A stretch of DNA of 64,000 nt, from positions 135,968,001 to 136,032,000 of the forward strand of contig NC_086097.1 in assembly GCF_963921235.1 (NCBI RefSeq). The letters run 5' to 3'. Below are positions 22,590 to 35,694 of the stretch, in pieces (within the stretch, counting starts at the first letter, position 1; each line of letters starts with the position of its first letter). The translations under genes were made by a program, and so were the position numbers. The stretch is from Mobula hypostoma. Lineage: Eukaryota. The notes under the pieces were generated by a model. The model was not told the DNA's origin. It worked only from the letters and a program-made list of their open reading frames with translations, and made no database searches.

Positions 22590-23338
22590 AGACTTTAAGT
22601 CCATTATGGCTAATTAATTATCCCTCTCAACCCCATTCTCCTACCTTCTCCCTGTAACCTTTGACACCCATACCAATCAAGAACCTATCAACCTCCACTT
22701 TAAATATACCCAACGACCTGGGCTCCACAGACATCTGTGGTGATGAATTCCATAGATTTACCACCTTTGGCTAAATAAATTCTTCCTCGTCTCTGTTATA
22801 AAGGAATGTCATTCCATTCTGCGGCTGTGTCCTCTGGTCCTAGACTCCCCCACTATGGAAGACATCCTAGTCACGTCCACTCTATCTACGCCTTTCAACA
22901 TTCACTAAGTTTGAATGAGATTCTCCTCATTCTTTCAAACTCTTCAGTGCTACCTGCCCCTCCACATATCTTCATATCATCTGCAAACTTGGCCACAAAG
23001 ACATCAATTCCATCCTCCAAATCATTGATATATAACATGAAAAGAAGCCGGCAGCGAAACACCACTAGTCACCAGCAGTCCCAACACTGACCCCTGTGAA
23101 ATACCACAAGTCACTGGCAGCCAAGCAGAAAAGGCCCCCTTTATTGGTATTCTTTGCTTCCTGCAATCAACCAATCTTCCATGCCAGTATCATTAGCTCG
23201 TACCTTGTTATGCAGCCTCATGTGCTTCACCTTGTCAAAAGCCTTCTGAAAATTCAAGTAACCAACATCCACTGATTCTCCTTTGTCTATCCTGCCATTT
23301 ACTTCCTCAAACAATTCTGACAGGTTTGTCAGGCAGTG
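22590..23338 (-). mobile_element. CR1 fragment (RT and 3' end, internally deleted)
   Basis: CLTNLSELFEEVNGRIDKGESVDVGYLNFQKAFDKV, VAKFADD and a CR1 C-terminus. Confidence 0.8.
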
Positions 23339-23442
23339 CGAATGTTTCAAGTGTGCATGTAGTCGAATGATCGTGCAGTTTATCGATTTGGCCTCCTATG
23401 CGTGTGAACACTTTGTTTTTACATGGGCTTTCAAGTGCACAG

Positions 23443-23764
23443 TGTAATATTGATGTGACTGGATACCGCTGTAGATTAAACAACCACGTTTGTTCACCAG
23501 ACTTCCATTTTTACTTCTCCACGTCCTAGTCATAGTCATAGTCATACTTTATTGATCTCGGGAGAAATTGGTTTTCGTTACAGTTGCACCATAAATAATT
23601 AAATGTAATAAAACCATAAATAATTAATAGTAATATGTAAATTATGCCAGGAAATAAGTCCAGGACCAGCCTATTGGCTCAGGGTGTCTGACCCTGTTGT
23701 AAAGTTGTAAAGTCCTGACGTCATACGCACTCTGATGCTACGAATACTCACACAATACATTACA
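23443..23764 (-). repeat. Gypsy 3' LTR (~135 bp plus ~185-bp insertion)
   Basis: Matches 28355-28496 except for the insert at ~23528-23712; PPT GAGAAGGGGGA at 23775-23765. Confidence 0.9.
23528..23712 (-). mobile_element. Rex1-like 3' tip with (TATGAC)n tail inserted in the Gypsy LTR
   Basis: Minus strand ggtcagacaccctgagccaataggctggtcctggacttatttcc...gatcaataaagtatgactatgactatgact; same 3' motifs as 27590-27780. Confidence 0.75.
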
Positions 23765-24029
23765 TCCCCCTTCTCAAGATTTTTTTTACAACACTGTGAA
23801 TTACCAAAACAATGCCTCTAGGTATGCCCTTCTTACAGTGCAACAACTCTGACATAAACTAAAAAAAATCTTACCCCGTACTGTATTCTGCATTGTATCT
23901 TACAATACTAACAGCAGTGTATTTTCTTTTACTAACATAGACTAATAAACCTTTTATTTCACACCTTGGAAGTTATGACATGTGTGACTTTGCCTCAAAC
24001 TGTGTGAGACTGTATGTATGTCTGGTCTC

Positions 24030-27000
24030 TGTATCTAACTGGAAGTTTGACCTGTCTCCCAGACCGTGTGTGATACAACTGTGACTGTGCTTGTCCTTCA
24101 TCCCTGTCAGTCTCTCCAGTGACCTCTGTGTCTTTGCCGTCTGCATCACTCTTGGTGTCGTCTGTTTCCATGTCTGTATCTGTGGAAATGTCCAGTGCAT
24201 CTGTACGTGGAAACTCATTCTGGCCTGTCTTCAGCAGATGCTTCCTGTTCCTCCTGTAGACTCTTCCATCCGGTGTGCGAACTATGAAGGATCTTGGTTG
24301 CTGATGTCTGTTCACAACCACAGCTGGTTGCCAAGTGTCCCCTCTCTGTATTCTGACATTTTCACCTGTATGCAGATCTGGCAACTGTCTTGTATGTCTG
24401 TCATAGTAGCTCTTTTGCTTTATTTGCTTGTACTTTTGCTTGTCATGTAGTTGAGCATTACCTCCAGGAGTCAGTAGAGTTGTGGATGTTGGCAGTTTGG
24501 ACTTCAGACGACGTCCCATCAGGAGAGAACCCCACACCCTCAATCGGTGTGTTGCGATATTCAAGCAGAGGAATGCAAGGGTCACCGTTGCTGCTTTGTG
24601 CCTTCTTGAGCATGTTCTTGACAGTTTGTACAGTTCTCTCTGCTTGTCCATTAGACTGAGCGTGCCCTGGACTGGAAGTAGCATGTTGAAATTCCCAGCT
24701 TTCTGAGAACCCTCTGAACTCACCACTGGCATATTGTGGACCATTGTCACTAACGACGATATCAGGAATCCCATGTCTTGTGAATGATGACTTCATTGCG
24801 GTAATGACACCTCGACTGGACGTGTCACTTAACTTGGTGATCTCCGGATATTTCGAATAGTAGTCCACACAAAGCAGATATTCTGCACCATTGTAGTGAA
24901 AGAGATCTGTGCTAATCTTCTCCCATGGTCTTCCTGGTAGTGGGGAAGTAGAGGCTCTCTTGGATTGCTGTTTTTGTTTTCATTACAGACAGCACACTGA
25001 GACACAATGTCTTCTATCTGAGTTGACATGCCTGGCCAATAGAGAATGTCTCTTGCTCTTTCTTTACATTTCACTATCCCCAGGTGTGACTCATGAATTC
25101 TGTTGAGCATTTCCTGTCTCATTTGGTTTGGTACGATGAGTTTTGCCGTTTTGAACATTAGTCCTGATGCATAGCTGATTTCCTCTTTAAATGTCCAGTG
25201 TTTCTGCATTTCCTTTGGAACATCTTTTCTTTCTGTTGGCCATCCATTCATTGTAATGTCTCTTAGCATTTGCATTTCAGGACCATCTGCAGTCGCTTTC
25301 CTGAACATGTTCAACTTCTCCTCAGAGATGGGTAGCTGAGGTGTAACCCAGTTGACCTCCAGCTCTCTTTCTAGCAACTCTTCCTTTTGCTCTTTGAGGT
25401 GAGCAGGGCTCAAAGCATCAGTGATGTACATTTCTTTTCCTGGCTTATAGGTGACTGTGAGAGTGTACGTCTGTAGCCTGAGAAGCATCCTTTGCAGCCT
25501 CATAGGAGCTTGGTGGAGTGGCTTTTTGAAGATGCTGTCAAGTGGTTTGTGATCACTCTCAACCTGGATTTCTTTGCCATATACATATTGCTGGAATTTC
25601 TCACACCCTCAAACTATGGCGAGTAATTCCTTCTCGATTTGAGCATACCTGCGTTGACAGTCCATAAGTGCTCGTAATACGCCACAGGCCTCCCATCCTG
25701 CAGTATAACAGCTCCTATTCCTTTCGAACTGGCATCCACAGACATCGTCACTGGTTTATCGACATCATAGAACTTGAGTGCTGGTGCATTGGTGACCAAC
25801 TGCTTCAATGTGTCAAAACTTTTCTTTTGTTCGTCTTCCCAGTGCCATTCAGTGTTGCTCTCTAGTAGCTTTCGGAGTGGAGCGCTGTCCTCTGATAAGT
25901 TGGGAATGAATTTGGCAAGATACTGTATCATGCCCATGAACCTCAATAGTTCTTGCTTGTCTTTGGGTGGTGGTAGCTGTACCACAGCTCTGACCTTTTC
26001 ATCATCTGATTTTAGCCCATCAGCACAGAGCACATGCCCTATGTATTTGATCTCTGCAGTTCTGATCTTATATTTACTTTTGTTCAGTTTTAGGTTGTAC
26101 TCACGTGCTCTCTCCAGGAGCTTCCTCAGTCTCTGATCAAGTTCCTCAATTGTTTCACCCCATATCAGCAAATCATCAATGATGTTGACCACCTCATCCA
26201 GGTCTTCAATCATTTGTGCCACGGATCTCTGGAATACCTCTGATGCAGAAGAAATCCCAAAGGGCAGACGCAGGAAACGATATCTCCCTATGGGCGTGTT
26301 GAAAGTGCATAATTTGGACTTTCGTCATCCAGTTTGATCTGCCTGAAACCTTGATTTGTGTCTAATACTGAAAAGTATTTTGCATTAGGCATGCGGGAGA
26401 CAACCTCTTCAACCGTGAGCAGCGGATAGTGCTCTCTTTTGATGGCTTGGTTGAGATCTTGTGGATCCATGCAAATCCTCGTCTTTTTTTCTGTGACCAC
26501 TGTCACCATACTATTCACCCAGTCGGTCGGTTCTATTTGTCTTGTTATGACTCCCATCTGTTCCATTCTGTGTAGCTCCACCACTACTCGATCCCTGAGA
26601 GCTACTGGAATCTTTCTCGGGGCATGCACGACTGGGGCAATAGTTGGATCAATCTGGATATGGTGTTTCCCTGGTAAACATCCTAATCCAGAAAACAAGT
26701 CATCAAAGTCTTTGAGAATGACATTTTCTTTTTCAATACCATAGATTCGCTTCACCAGGCCTAGCTTTGTGCATGTTGCTTTGCCCAGTATTGCTGAAAC
26801 ATGTTGCTGTACTATTTCAAACTCGATCTTGTATTGTTGACCCCTGTACACACAGGTGAGTGCTTTTTTGCCCAGTGGCGCCGTCTTGTGGCTGAAATAT
26901 GCAACAAGCTTGCAGGTGGATTTTTCCAGTCTTCCTCTGATGTCCAGTGGGTTGAATGTTTCTGTCGCCCCAGTGTCAAGCTTAAATGTCATATTCCTCC

Positions 27001-27060
27001 TGTTTATTATCAGATCTTGAGTACAATCATCTTCATCCTTCATCTCTGAATTGTCAATAT
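24030..27060 (-). pseudogene. pol: Gypsy pol (protease, RT, RNase H, integrase), frameshifted
   Basis: FKLDTGA; RICMDPQDLNQAIKREHYP; VVNIIDDLLIWG; VDASSKGIGAVILQ; HESHLG...CAVC; DYYSKY, SDNGPQY, NGQAERTVQTVK; YRRNRKHL. Confidence 0.93.
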
Positions 27061-28302
27061 TCTTGATGCATACCCCCTGTTCCGCTTCAACTGTGCCAAT
27101 GAACATGTCACTGTTGCCCTCACTCTGTTCCACAGCATGCATTTCCCTTGCGTGCTCCTTCGATTTGCACATCCTTGCAAAGTGATTTCTTTTCTGGCAT
27201 AACTTGCATGTCTGACCAAAGGCTGGACATTTTCTGTATCCATGTTTATAACCACATCCGTTGCAGTTAACTTCCTTTTGATCATCCTGTGGAGCTGGAT
27301 TTGTCCTACTCTTGTTAGTTTTCACAGTTTTTATTTTGTGCACTTCAATCTCTTCATTGAGCACATCGGGCTGACCGCGGTGCACTGAGAGCGGTAAGTG
27401 TAAAGGAGTTGGGTGCTTACTGTTCTGGTTAACAACAGATGCTGCAATCTGGGTCATATTACGATTGAGGAACGTGTTTGTAGACCAGATATTGAACTTT
27501 CGGCCATATTCCACCGAGATACAACACTGGGCGGCAAGGGAGGTCGTTCCTGCCTGTGGCCATCGAACTTTGCAGCTCCTCCCGTGGGGGGTCAGACACC
27601 CTGAGCCAATAGGCTGGTCCTGGACTTATTTTCCATCTGGAATAGTTTGCATTTTGTTGTTTGATTGTTTGTGGTTTTTGTATTGCTATATTATGCTCTA
27701 TTCTTGGTTGGTGGGGCTGTAACGAAACCCAATTTCCCTCTGGATCAATAAAGTACATCTATCTAGCTATCTATCTATCTAACCTGACTTGACGTGATCT
27801 CGCTGGCACGACAAACATCAATTGCCTTTTCTAATGTAAGATCCTCCTCTCTCAGTAGCCTGCGTCTCACTTGATCATCCCATATGCCGCATACAATCCT
27901 GTCATGTATTAAAGAGTCATGCAGTTGTCCGAACTCACAGTCTTTTGCCTTGCTCTTCAAATCTGTTACATAGGCATCTATGGTCTCTATTGGTCCTTGA
28001 GCCCTCGTGAAAAACCGGTGTCGGATGAACGGTAGTTTTTTTCTCGGTTCGCAGTAATCTTGAAACTTTTTTTTCAACACTTCAATTTTATCTTGCTCAT
28101 CATCTTGGAAGACAAACGTGTTGCAAACCTTTATTGCCTCTTCCCCCGCCACATGCAGAAACGTAGCACATTGCACTTTCTCCGTCTTTTCAGCTACGCC
28201 TTTAGCGGTGCAAAACAGCTCAAACTTCTGGATCCATATTTTCCAGTTCTCAGCAAGATTACCTTGTAGGCTTAAACTTGATGGTGGCTGTAACTGTAAC
28301 AT
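27061..28302 (-). pseudogene. gag: Gypsy gag (capsid-like plus zinc knuckles), interrupted by a Rex1-like insert
   Basis: ORF 27775-28302 (LQGNLAENWKIWIQKFELF...DRIVCGI) resumes after ~27365 as LNEEIEVHKI...CNGCGYKHGYRKCPAFGQTCKLCQKRNHFARMC. Confidence 0.88.
27365..27779 (+). mobile_element. Internally deleted Rex1/Babar-like LINE inserted in gag
   Basis: Endonuclease-like RADR...VLVNNRCCNLGHITIEERVCRPDIEL joined directly to C-terminal RSFLPVAIEL, a 3' UTR and a (CTAT)n tail. Confidence 0.7.
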
Positions 28303-28342
28303 CCTTTACGTGTCTTCTCTTCCTTTTTATTTTTCGCGTTTT

Positions 28343-28354
28343 CTTCTGACACCA
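28343..28354 (-). promoter_or_regulatory. Primer-binding site (tRNA-Leu type)
   Basis: Minus strand TGGTGTCAGAAG immediately after the 5' LTR, complementary to the 3' end of vertebrate tRNA-Leu. Confidence 0.8.
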
Positions 28355-28496
28355 TGTAATATTGATGTGACTCGGACACCGCTGTAGATTGAACAACCAC
28401 GTAACCACGTTTATTCACCAGACTTCCATTTTTACTTCTCCACGTCCTGCTGTCATATGCACTCTGACTTTACGAATACTCACACAATACATTACA
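28355..28496 (-). repeat. Gypsy 5' LTR (142 bp)
   Basis: TGTAAT/ATTACA inverted termini; matches the left LTR; AATAAA on the minus strand at ~28415-28410. Confidence 0.92.
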
Positions 28497-28527
28497 CACA
28501 GTGTTTCTGTCTTGGTGGGCCCAGTTC

Positions 28528-31500
28528 CATAAGACCATAAGACATAGGAGCAGAATTAGGCCATTTTGCCCATTGAGTCTGCTTCGCCATTGAATCATGG
28601 CTGATCCTTTTTTTCTCTTCTCTGCCCCACTCCCCAGCCTTCTCCCTGTAACCTTTGATGCCATATCAATCTCCGCCTTAAATACACCCAATAACCTGGC
28701 CTCCATGGTTGCCTGTGGTAACAAATTCCACAAATTCACCACCCTCTGGCTAAAGAAATTTCTCTGCATTTCTGTTTTAAATGGATGCCCCTCTATCCTG
28801 AAGCTGTGCCCTCTTGTCCTAGACTCCTTCAACATGGAAAACATCCTTTCCACATCTACTCTTCTAGGCCTTTCAACATTCAAGAGGTTTCAATAAGATC
28901 CCTCCTCAACCTCCTAAATTCCAGCAAGTACAGACCCAAAGCCATCAGAAGTTCCTCATATAATAACCTTTTCATTCCCAGAATCATCCTTGCAAACTTT
29001 CTCTCCAATGCCAGCACATTTTTTCTTAGATAAGGAACCCAAAACTGTTCACAATACTCAAGGTGAGGCCTCACCAGTGCCTTATAAAGCCTCAGTATCA
29101 CATCCCTGCTCTTGTATTCTGAACTTATTAAAATGAATGCTAACATTGCATTTGCCTTCCTCACCACTGACTTTACCAGCAAGTTAACCTTTAGGGTGTT
29201 CTGCGCAAGGACTCCCAAGACCCTTTGCATCTCCAATCTTTGAATTTTCACCCTGATTAGAAAATGGACTGTCAAAGTGCATGACCATGAATTTTCCAAT
29301 ATTGTATTTCATTTGCCACTTTCTTGCCCATTCTCCTAATCTGTCTAAGTCCTCCTGCAGCCTTCCTGTTTTGTCAACACTACCTGCCTCTTCACCAATC
29401 TTCATATCATCTGCAAACTTGGCAACAAAGCCATCTGTTTCTTATCTAAACCATTGGTATACAGCATAAAAACTAGCGGTCCCAACACCAGCCCCTGTGG
29501 AACACCTCTAGTCACTGGCTGCCAACCAGAAAAGGATTCTTTTATTTTCATCTCCTGCCTCCTACCAATCAGTCAATGCTCTAACCATGCCAGTAACTTT
29601 CCCGTAATACTATGGGCTCTTAACTTGGTAAGCAGCCTCATGTGTGACACCTTGTCTCAGGCCTTTTGAAAGTCCAAATATACAACATCCACTGCAACCC
29701 CTTCATCTATCCCACTAGTAATCTCCTTAAAGAATTCCAATGGGTTTGTCAGGCATGATTTTCCCTTAAGGAAACCTTGCTGACTTTGTACTATCTTGTC
29801 CTATATCACCAAGTACTCCATAACCTCATCCTTAACAATTGACTCCAACATCTTCCAGGATATCTGGTCTATAATTTCCTTTCTGCTGCCTCCCTCTTTT
29901 CAGAACCCTGGAGTGCAGTTTATCTGGTCTAGGTGATTTAGACATCTTTGGGTTTCTCATCTTTTGAGCACTTTCTCCCTTGCAATAGTAACTACACTCA
30001 CTTCTTTTCCCTCACACCCTTCGAAACCTGGCACACTGCTAGTGTCTTCCACAGTGAAGACGGATGCAAAATATTTATTTAATTCATCTGCCATTTCTTT
30101 GACCCCTGTTATTATTTCTGCAGCCTCATTTTACACCGGTCCTACATCCACTCTCATCTCTCTTTATTTTTTACATACATGAAAAAGCTTTTTCTATCCA
30201 TCTTGATATTGTTTGCTAGCTTGCTTTTATATTTCATCTTTTCCCTCCTAATGATACTTTCAGTTGCTTTCTGTAGGTTTTTAAAAGCTTCCCAATCCTT
30301 TATCTTCCCATTAATTTTTGCTTTGTTGTATGCCCTCTTTTTTGCTTTTACATTGACTTCCCTTGTCAGCCACAGTTGTACTATTTTGCCATTTGAATAT
30401 TTCTGATGTTTTTGGAATATATCTATCCCACATCTTCCTCATTTTTTCCCAGAAATTCATGCTTTGCTGCTCTTCTGTCGTCCTTGCCAGCATCTCCTTC
30501 CGATTTACTTTGGCAAACTCCTCTCTCATACCACTGTAATCTCCTTTACTCCACTAAAATATTGCTATGTTAGGCTTTACTTTCTCCCTATCAAATTTCA
30601 AGTTGAACACAATCATTTTGTGATCACTGGTTGCTAAGGGTTTTTTTTTACCTTAAGCTCCCTAATCACCTCCGATTCATTACATAACACCCAATCCAGT
30701 ATAGCATATCTCCTAGAAGGCTCAACAACAAGGTGCTATAAAAAGCCATCTCAAAGGCATTCAACAAACTCACTCTCTTGAGATCCATTTCCAACCTGAT
30801 TTTTGCAATTGACCTGCGCGTTGAAATCTCCCATGACTATCATAACATTGTCCTTTTGATATGTCTTTTCTATTTCCTGTTGTAATCTGCAGTTCACATC
30901 CTAGCTACTGTTTGGAGGCCTGTATATAACTGCTGCCAATGTCCTTTCGCTCTTGCAGTTTCTTAACTCAACCCACATGGATTCAACATCTTCCCATCAT
31001 CTGTCACATCTTTCTAATGATTTGATGCCATTCTTTACCAGCAGAGCCACGCTACCCCCTCTGCCTACCTTCCTGTCCCTCTGATACAATTTGTAACTTT
31101 GGTCATTCAGCTCCCAACTACAACCATCCTTCCGCATGATTTAGTGATGGCCACAATATCATACCCAACAATCTGTAAAAGTGCAACAAGATCATCCACC
31201 TTATTTCTTATACTCCATGCATCTTTGAGTACTGTACTTGCTGCCCTTTTTGATTCTGCATCCCTAATGCACTAATACTCATCCCGCTGGCTGCAATTTT
31301 GTCCTATCATCTGCCTGCCCTTCCTAACAGTCTGACTGCACGCTATCTTTGCTTTTTTACCATCCATCCTATCCCGAGTCCCTTCGCTCAGTTCCCATCC
31401 CCCTGCCAAATTAATTTAAATGCTCCCCAATCGTTCTATCAAATCTGCCTGTGAGAATATTGGCCCTCCTTGGGTTCAGATGCAACCCATCGCTTTTGTA

Positions 31501-31990
31501 CAGGTCATACCTCTCCCAGAAGAGATCCCAGTTTTCCAGGAATCTGAAGCCCTGCCTGCTACACCAGCTTCTCTGACATGCATTTATCTGCCAAATCATC
31601 CTGTTTCTACCCTCACTGGCATGTGGCATAGGTAGTAATCCAGAAGTTACTATCCTGGAGTTCCTGCTTCTCAGCTTTTTGCTACCTCTGTAAATTCTCT
31701 CTTCAGGACCTCTTTGCCTTTCCTTCCCATTCCTTGTCCTGACATTCACCCAGCTACTCGCCTCCTGCAACTTAGGGGTGACTACTTCCTTGTAACTCCG
31801 ATCAATGATCTTCTCACTCTCTCGAACAAGCTGAAGTTCATCCAGCTGCTGGTCCAGATCCCTAGCACAGTCTTCAAGGAGCTGCAGCTGGATGCATTTC
31901 ACGCAGATGTAGTTCCCCAGTGTGTACCGTGGCTGACATGACTCAGTAAAATCATTAATCCTGCTACTCTATTTTCCTTCTTTCTCAGCA
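28528..31990 (-). mobile_element. Near full-length decayed CR1 LINE (ORF1 esterase, EN, RT, tail)
   Basis: Tail (cataagac)n; RLYKALVRPHLEYCEQFW; VAKFADD; ORF1 remnant at 31411-31940. Confidence 0.9.
31411..31940 (-). pseudogene. CR1 ORF1 remnant (Cys-rich N-terminus plus SGNH-like esterase), internally deleted
   Basis: CVKCIQLQLLED...RIVTSGLLP...WCSRQGFRFLENWDLFWERYDLYKSDGLHLNPR (DxxH motif). Confidence 0.8.
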
Positions 31991-32014
31991 CTTACGTAAC
32001 AGAATCCATACTGA

Positions 32015-32520
32015 TTTCAGCCTGTTGAGGGGAATGGCCACACAGGTACCCTGCACTGACTGCCTATCCCTTTTCCCTCTCCTGATGGTCACCCAATTAC
32101 TTGTGCCCTACACCTTAAGTGTAACTCCCTCCTTCTACCTCCTGTCATCAACCCCTCAGCCTGCAGAATGATCCAGAGTTCAGAATAAGGATCCAGAATA
32201 AGAAGCAGCAGCAGGGTGCATTTCTAGCTAATGTAGTTGTCAGCTACACTGTAGGTCTCCCTGTCTTCCCACATCCTGCAAGTTGAGCATTCCATTGTCC
32301 TGAATGTCATTCCCACTACTCTAATTGCACCAAGAAAGAAAGAAAGAAAGAAATCAAGCAAAATCTCAACTAAGCCTGCTCTCACCTCTGCCTCTTGAGC
32401 CAAATCCTTAAGCTTTCTACTCTTAGCACTGACAGCTCTCACAATGGCCACTCCCACAATGGCTGCTCTGCTTAAACCTAACTTCTTTTTATTGACTCTT
32501 GCCACGTGCCTAATTACCTT
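32015..32520 (-). mobile_element. Second CR1 5' end (5' UTR and ORF1 N-terminus)
   Basis: MECSTCRMWEDRETYSVADNYI, a second ORF1 start upstream of the one at ~31940. Confidence 0.6.
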
Positions 32521-33344
32521 ACAATCTCAAGCCCTCCAAATATCCTTACTGGCGAGTTTCCAAAACTCACGCTCACAATCCACAAACCAATGGGTCTCAC
32601 CATCTCCAAAGTGTTTCAACAAAAGACAATATATGTTACATCTTCCCTTCATTGAAAAATTGCTATCTTCGCATTATAAATGAAGCTGGTCCAGAATGTC
32701 TGAGTTCCTTGCAGATTTGCAAACTGGATAGCCGTAGTGTGGCATAAAAAACACAGAAAGTACTGCAAACCCTCAGAAGATCAGGCAGCATCTGTGGAAA
32801 GACAAATACGAACGGTTCAGGTCTAGGATCCTTTGACAGAACATTTTTCACAGATACACTTCTGATTTTTATTTACAATTTCTAGCATCTGGAGTTATTC
32901 TTGATGTTCAGATAGCATGATGGCTTGGATATGCTAGTGAGGATTGAAGATTCTTTGCTAAAATACCATTGGAGTGTCCAAATCTTCCACACCATTTCCC
33001 ATCTCCCTATCAGCATTATGGGAGCTAAATCCATTGGGATCATTAAATCACCATCAAAATTTATGAAAGAAGTTAGAGAATGCTTAGAATTCTTAACACA
33101 TAGAGTTCATTCTCAAGCTGTAGACCTGAATGTTTCATGTTTGTCTTTCCACAGATGCTGCCTAATCTTCTGAGTGTTTTGTTGATGTTGGGAGGCTTGT
33201 ATCCATGAAGGGGCTGGCTTCATATCTACAACCTTCTGCAGCCTCATGTGATCTGTGCAGTGGAGCCTCTGTCCAAGGCTGTCATGCATCCAGTCAGATT
33301 GCATGGTGCATCTATAGAAACTTGTACAAGTTAGTGAAATGACC

Positions 33345-35045
33345 TATAACCATATAACAATTACAGCACGGAAACAGGCCGTCTCGGCCCTTCTACTCCG
33401 TGCCGAACGCTTACTCTCACCTAGTTCGACCGACTTGCACTCAGCCCATAACCCTCCATTCTTTTCCTGTCCATATACCTTTCCAATTTTTCTTTAAATG
33501 ACAATATCAAACCTGCCTCTACCACTTCTACTGGAAGCTCGTTCCACACAGCCACCACTCTCTGAGTAAGGAAGCTCCCCTAGTGTTACCCCTAAACTTT
33601 TGCCCCCTAACTCTCAACTCATGTCCTCTTATTTGTATCTCCCGTACTCTCAATGGAAAAAGCCGATCCACATCAACTCTATCTATCCCCCTCATAATTT
33701 TAAACACCTCTATCAAGTCCCTCAACCTTCTACGCACCAAAGAATAAAGACCTAATTTGTTCAACCTTTCTCTGTAACTCAGGTGCTGAAACCCAGGTAA
33801 CATTCTAGTAAATCTTCTCTGTACTCTCTCTATTTCGTTGACATCTTTCCAAAACTGTACACAATACTCCAAATTTGGCCTCACCAATGCCTTGTACAAA
33901 TTTAACATTACATCCCAACTCCTATACTCAATGCTCTGATTTATAAAGGCCAGCATACCAAAAGCATTCTTCACCACCCTTTCCACATGGGATTCCACCT
34001 TCAGGGAACTATGCGCCATTATTCCTAGATCACTCTGTTCTACTGCATTCTTCAACGCCCTACCATTTACCATGTATGTCCTATTTTGATTAGTCCTACC
34101 AAAATGTAGCACCTCACACTTATCAGCATTAAACTCCATCTGCCATCTTTCAACCCACTCTTCTAATTGGCTTAAATCTCTCTGCAAGCTTTGAAAACCT
34201 ACTTCATTATCCACAACACCACCTATCTTAGTATCATCTGCATACTTACTAATCCAATTTACCACCCCATCATCCAGATCATTAATGTATATGACGAACA
34301 ACATTGGACCCAGTACAGATCCCTGAGGCACACCACTAGTCACCAGCCTCCAATCTGACAAACAGTTATCCATCGCTACTCTTTGGCATCTCCCACCCAG
34401 CCACTGTTGAATCCATTTTACTACTTCAATATTAATACCTAACAATTGAACCTTCCTAACTAACCTTCCGTGTGGAACCTTTTCAAAAGCCTTACTGAAG
34501 TTCATATAGACAACATCCACTGCTTCACCCTTGTCAACTTTCCTAGTAACGTCTTTGAAACATTCAATAAGATTTGTCAGACATGACCTTCCATGCACAA
34601 ATCCATGTTGACTGTTCCTAATCAGACCCTGTCTATCCAGATAATTATATATACCATCTCTAAGAATACTTTCCATTAATTTACCCACCACTGACGTCAA
34701 ACTTACAGGCCGATAATTGCTAGGTTTACTTTTAGAACACTTTTTAAATAATGGAACAACATGAGCAATATGTCAATCCTTGGGCACCATCCCCATTTCT
34801 AATGACATTTGAAATATTTCTGTCAGAGCCCCTGCTATTTCCACACTAACTTCCCTCAAGGTCCTAGGGAATATCCTGTCAGGACCTGGAGACTTATCCA
34901 CTTTTATATTCCTTAAAAGCGCCAATACTTCCTCTTCTTTAATCATCATAGTTTCCATAACTTCCCTTACCTTACACAATTCAATATCCTTCTCCTTAGT
35001 GAATACCGAAGAAAATAAATTGTTCAAAATCTCCCCCATCTCTTA
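33345..35045 (-). mobile_element. Young 5'-truncated CR1 LINE
   Basis: Long RT ORF remnant; 3' hairpin and TATGGT-type tail at 33345-33360. Confidence 0.95.
33528..35039 (-). pseudogene. CR1 ORF2 reverse transcriptase (truncated; 390-aa open segment)
   Basis: KSPGPDRIFPRTL, QHGFVHGRSCLTNL, GVPQGSVLGP, KYADDTK, LVRPNLEYCVQFW. Confidence 0.93.
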
Positions 35046-35694
35046 TGGAAATCACTGAAGTGATTTCCATAAGTTTTGCTATGCTTATCCAATGTATTTT
35101 GCAGCCTCTGTAGTGATAGATTGAACAGGGAAGGAGGGGAAATTTCTGCTTATTTTCCAGGGAATGATTGGCCATCCTGGTGTTGTGTGATATTTACTTT
35201 CTTTGTTTACCAATAACAGGAAACTGAGTTTGTTCTCCATCTGCTCAATGTCTGTACTGCCGGTAGAATGCCCCAGAATGGCTATTTCTAATGTAAGTGG
35301 GAGGGTTTGTTTAAACTAAGAAGAAATTTAATTCCTTTCACTTTCTCCAAAATTATTTCATGAGGCAAAGTATTATGGAGTATTACATACACAGTTCTGC
35401 TTCTTAACCCAGAAACTCCTTTGCAGCAGGGCAGTCATTGTTGTAATGTAGGAAAGTGTCTAATGTTTGCACAGCAAGGTCCTACAAACTGCCAAAGTCA
35501 AACTAAAGTTGAGTTTATTGCCTCATGCACAGGTTTAATGAAAAACTTACTTGGAGCAGTATCATAGGCACATAGATTTAAAGGCACAACACTCATTAAT
35601 AATAAGTTATTCAAAATCATACAAAAAAGAAAGTAAATAGAATAAAAGAAATTCATTGTAGTGCAAAGTGGTCAAAGTATTGTAATCAGGCAAA

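Larger units (their letters stand above)
17705..22590 (-). mobile_element. Long decayed CR1 LINE (ORF1 remnant, EN, RT, 3' end) interrupted by SINEs and Penelope-like pieces
   Basis: LSYRERLSRLGLQSLEQRRMRGDL (18362-18550), WISKFADD (~19930), HGFLCGRSCLTN (~20150) and LNWRKANFDGI (~20960), plus an esterase-like ORF1 remnant at 21780-22200. Confidence 0.75.
23443..28496 (-). mobile_element. Full-length Gypsy/Ty3 LTR retrotransposon (Mag-like), decayed
   Basis: TGTAAT...ATTACA LTRs at 23443-23764 and 28355-28496; CACAG TSD (23438-23442 / 28497-28501); PBS and PPT present; gag-PR-RT-RH-IN order. Confidence 0.95.

Noticed and set aside
33528..34700. 390-aa ORF as a functional gene
   Set aside because: 5'-truncated CR1 RT lacking the endonuclease, with small deletions and frameshifts
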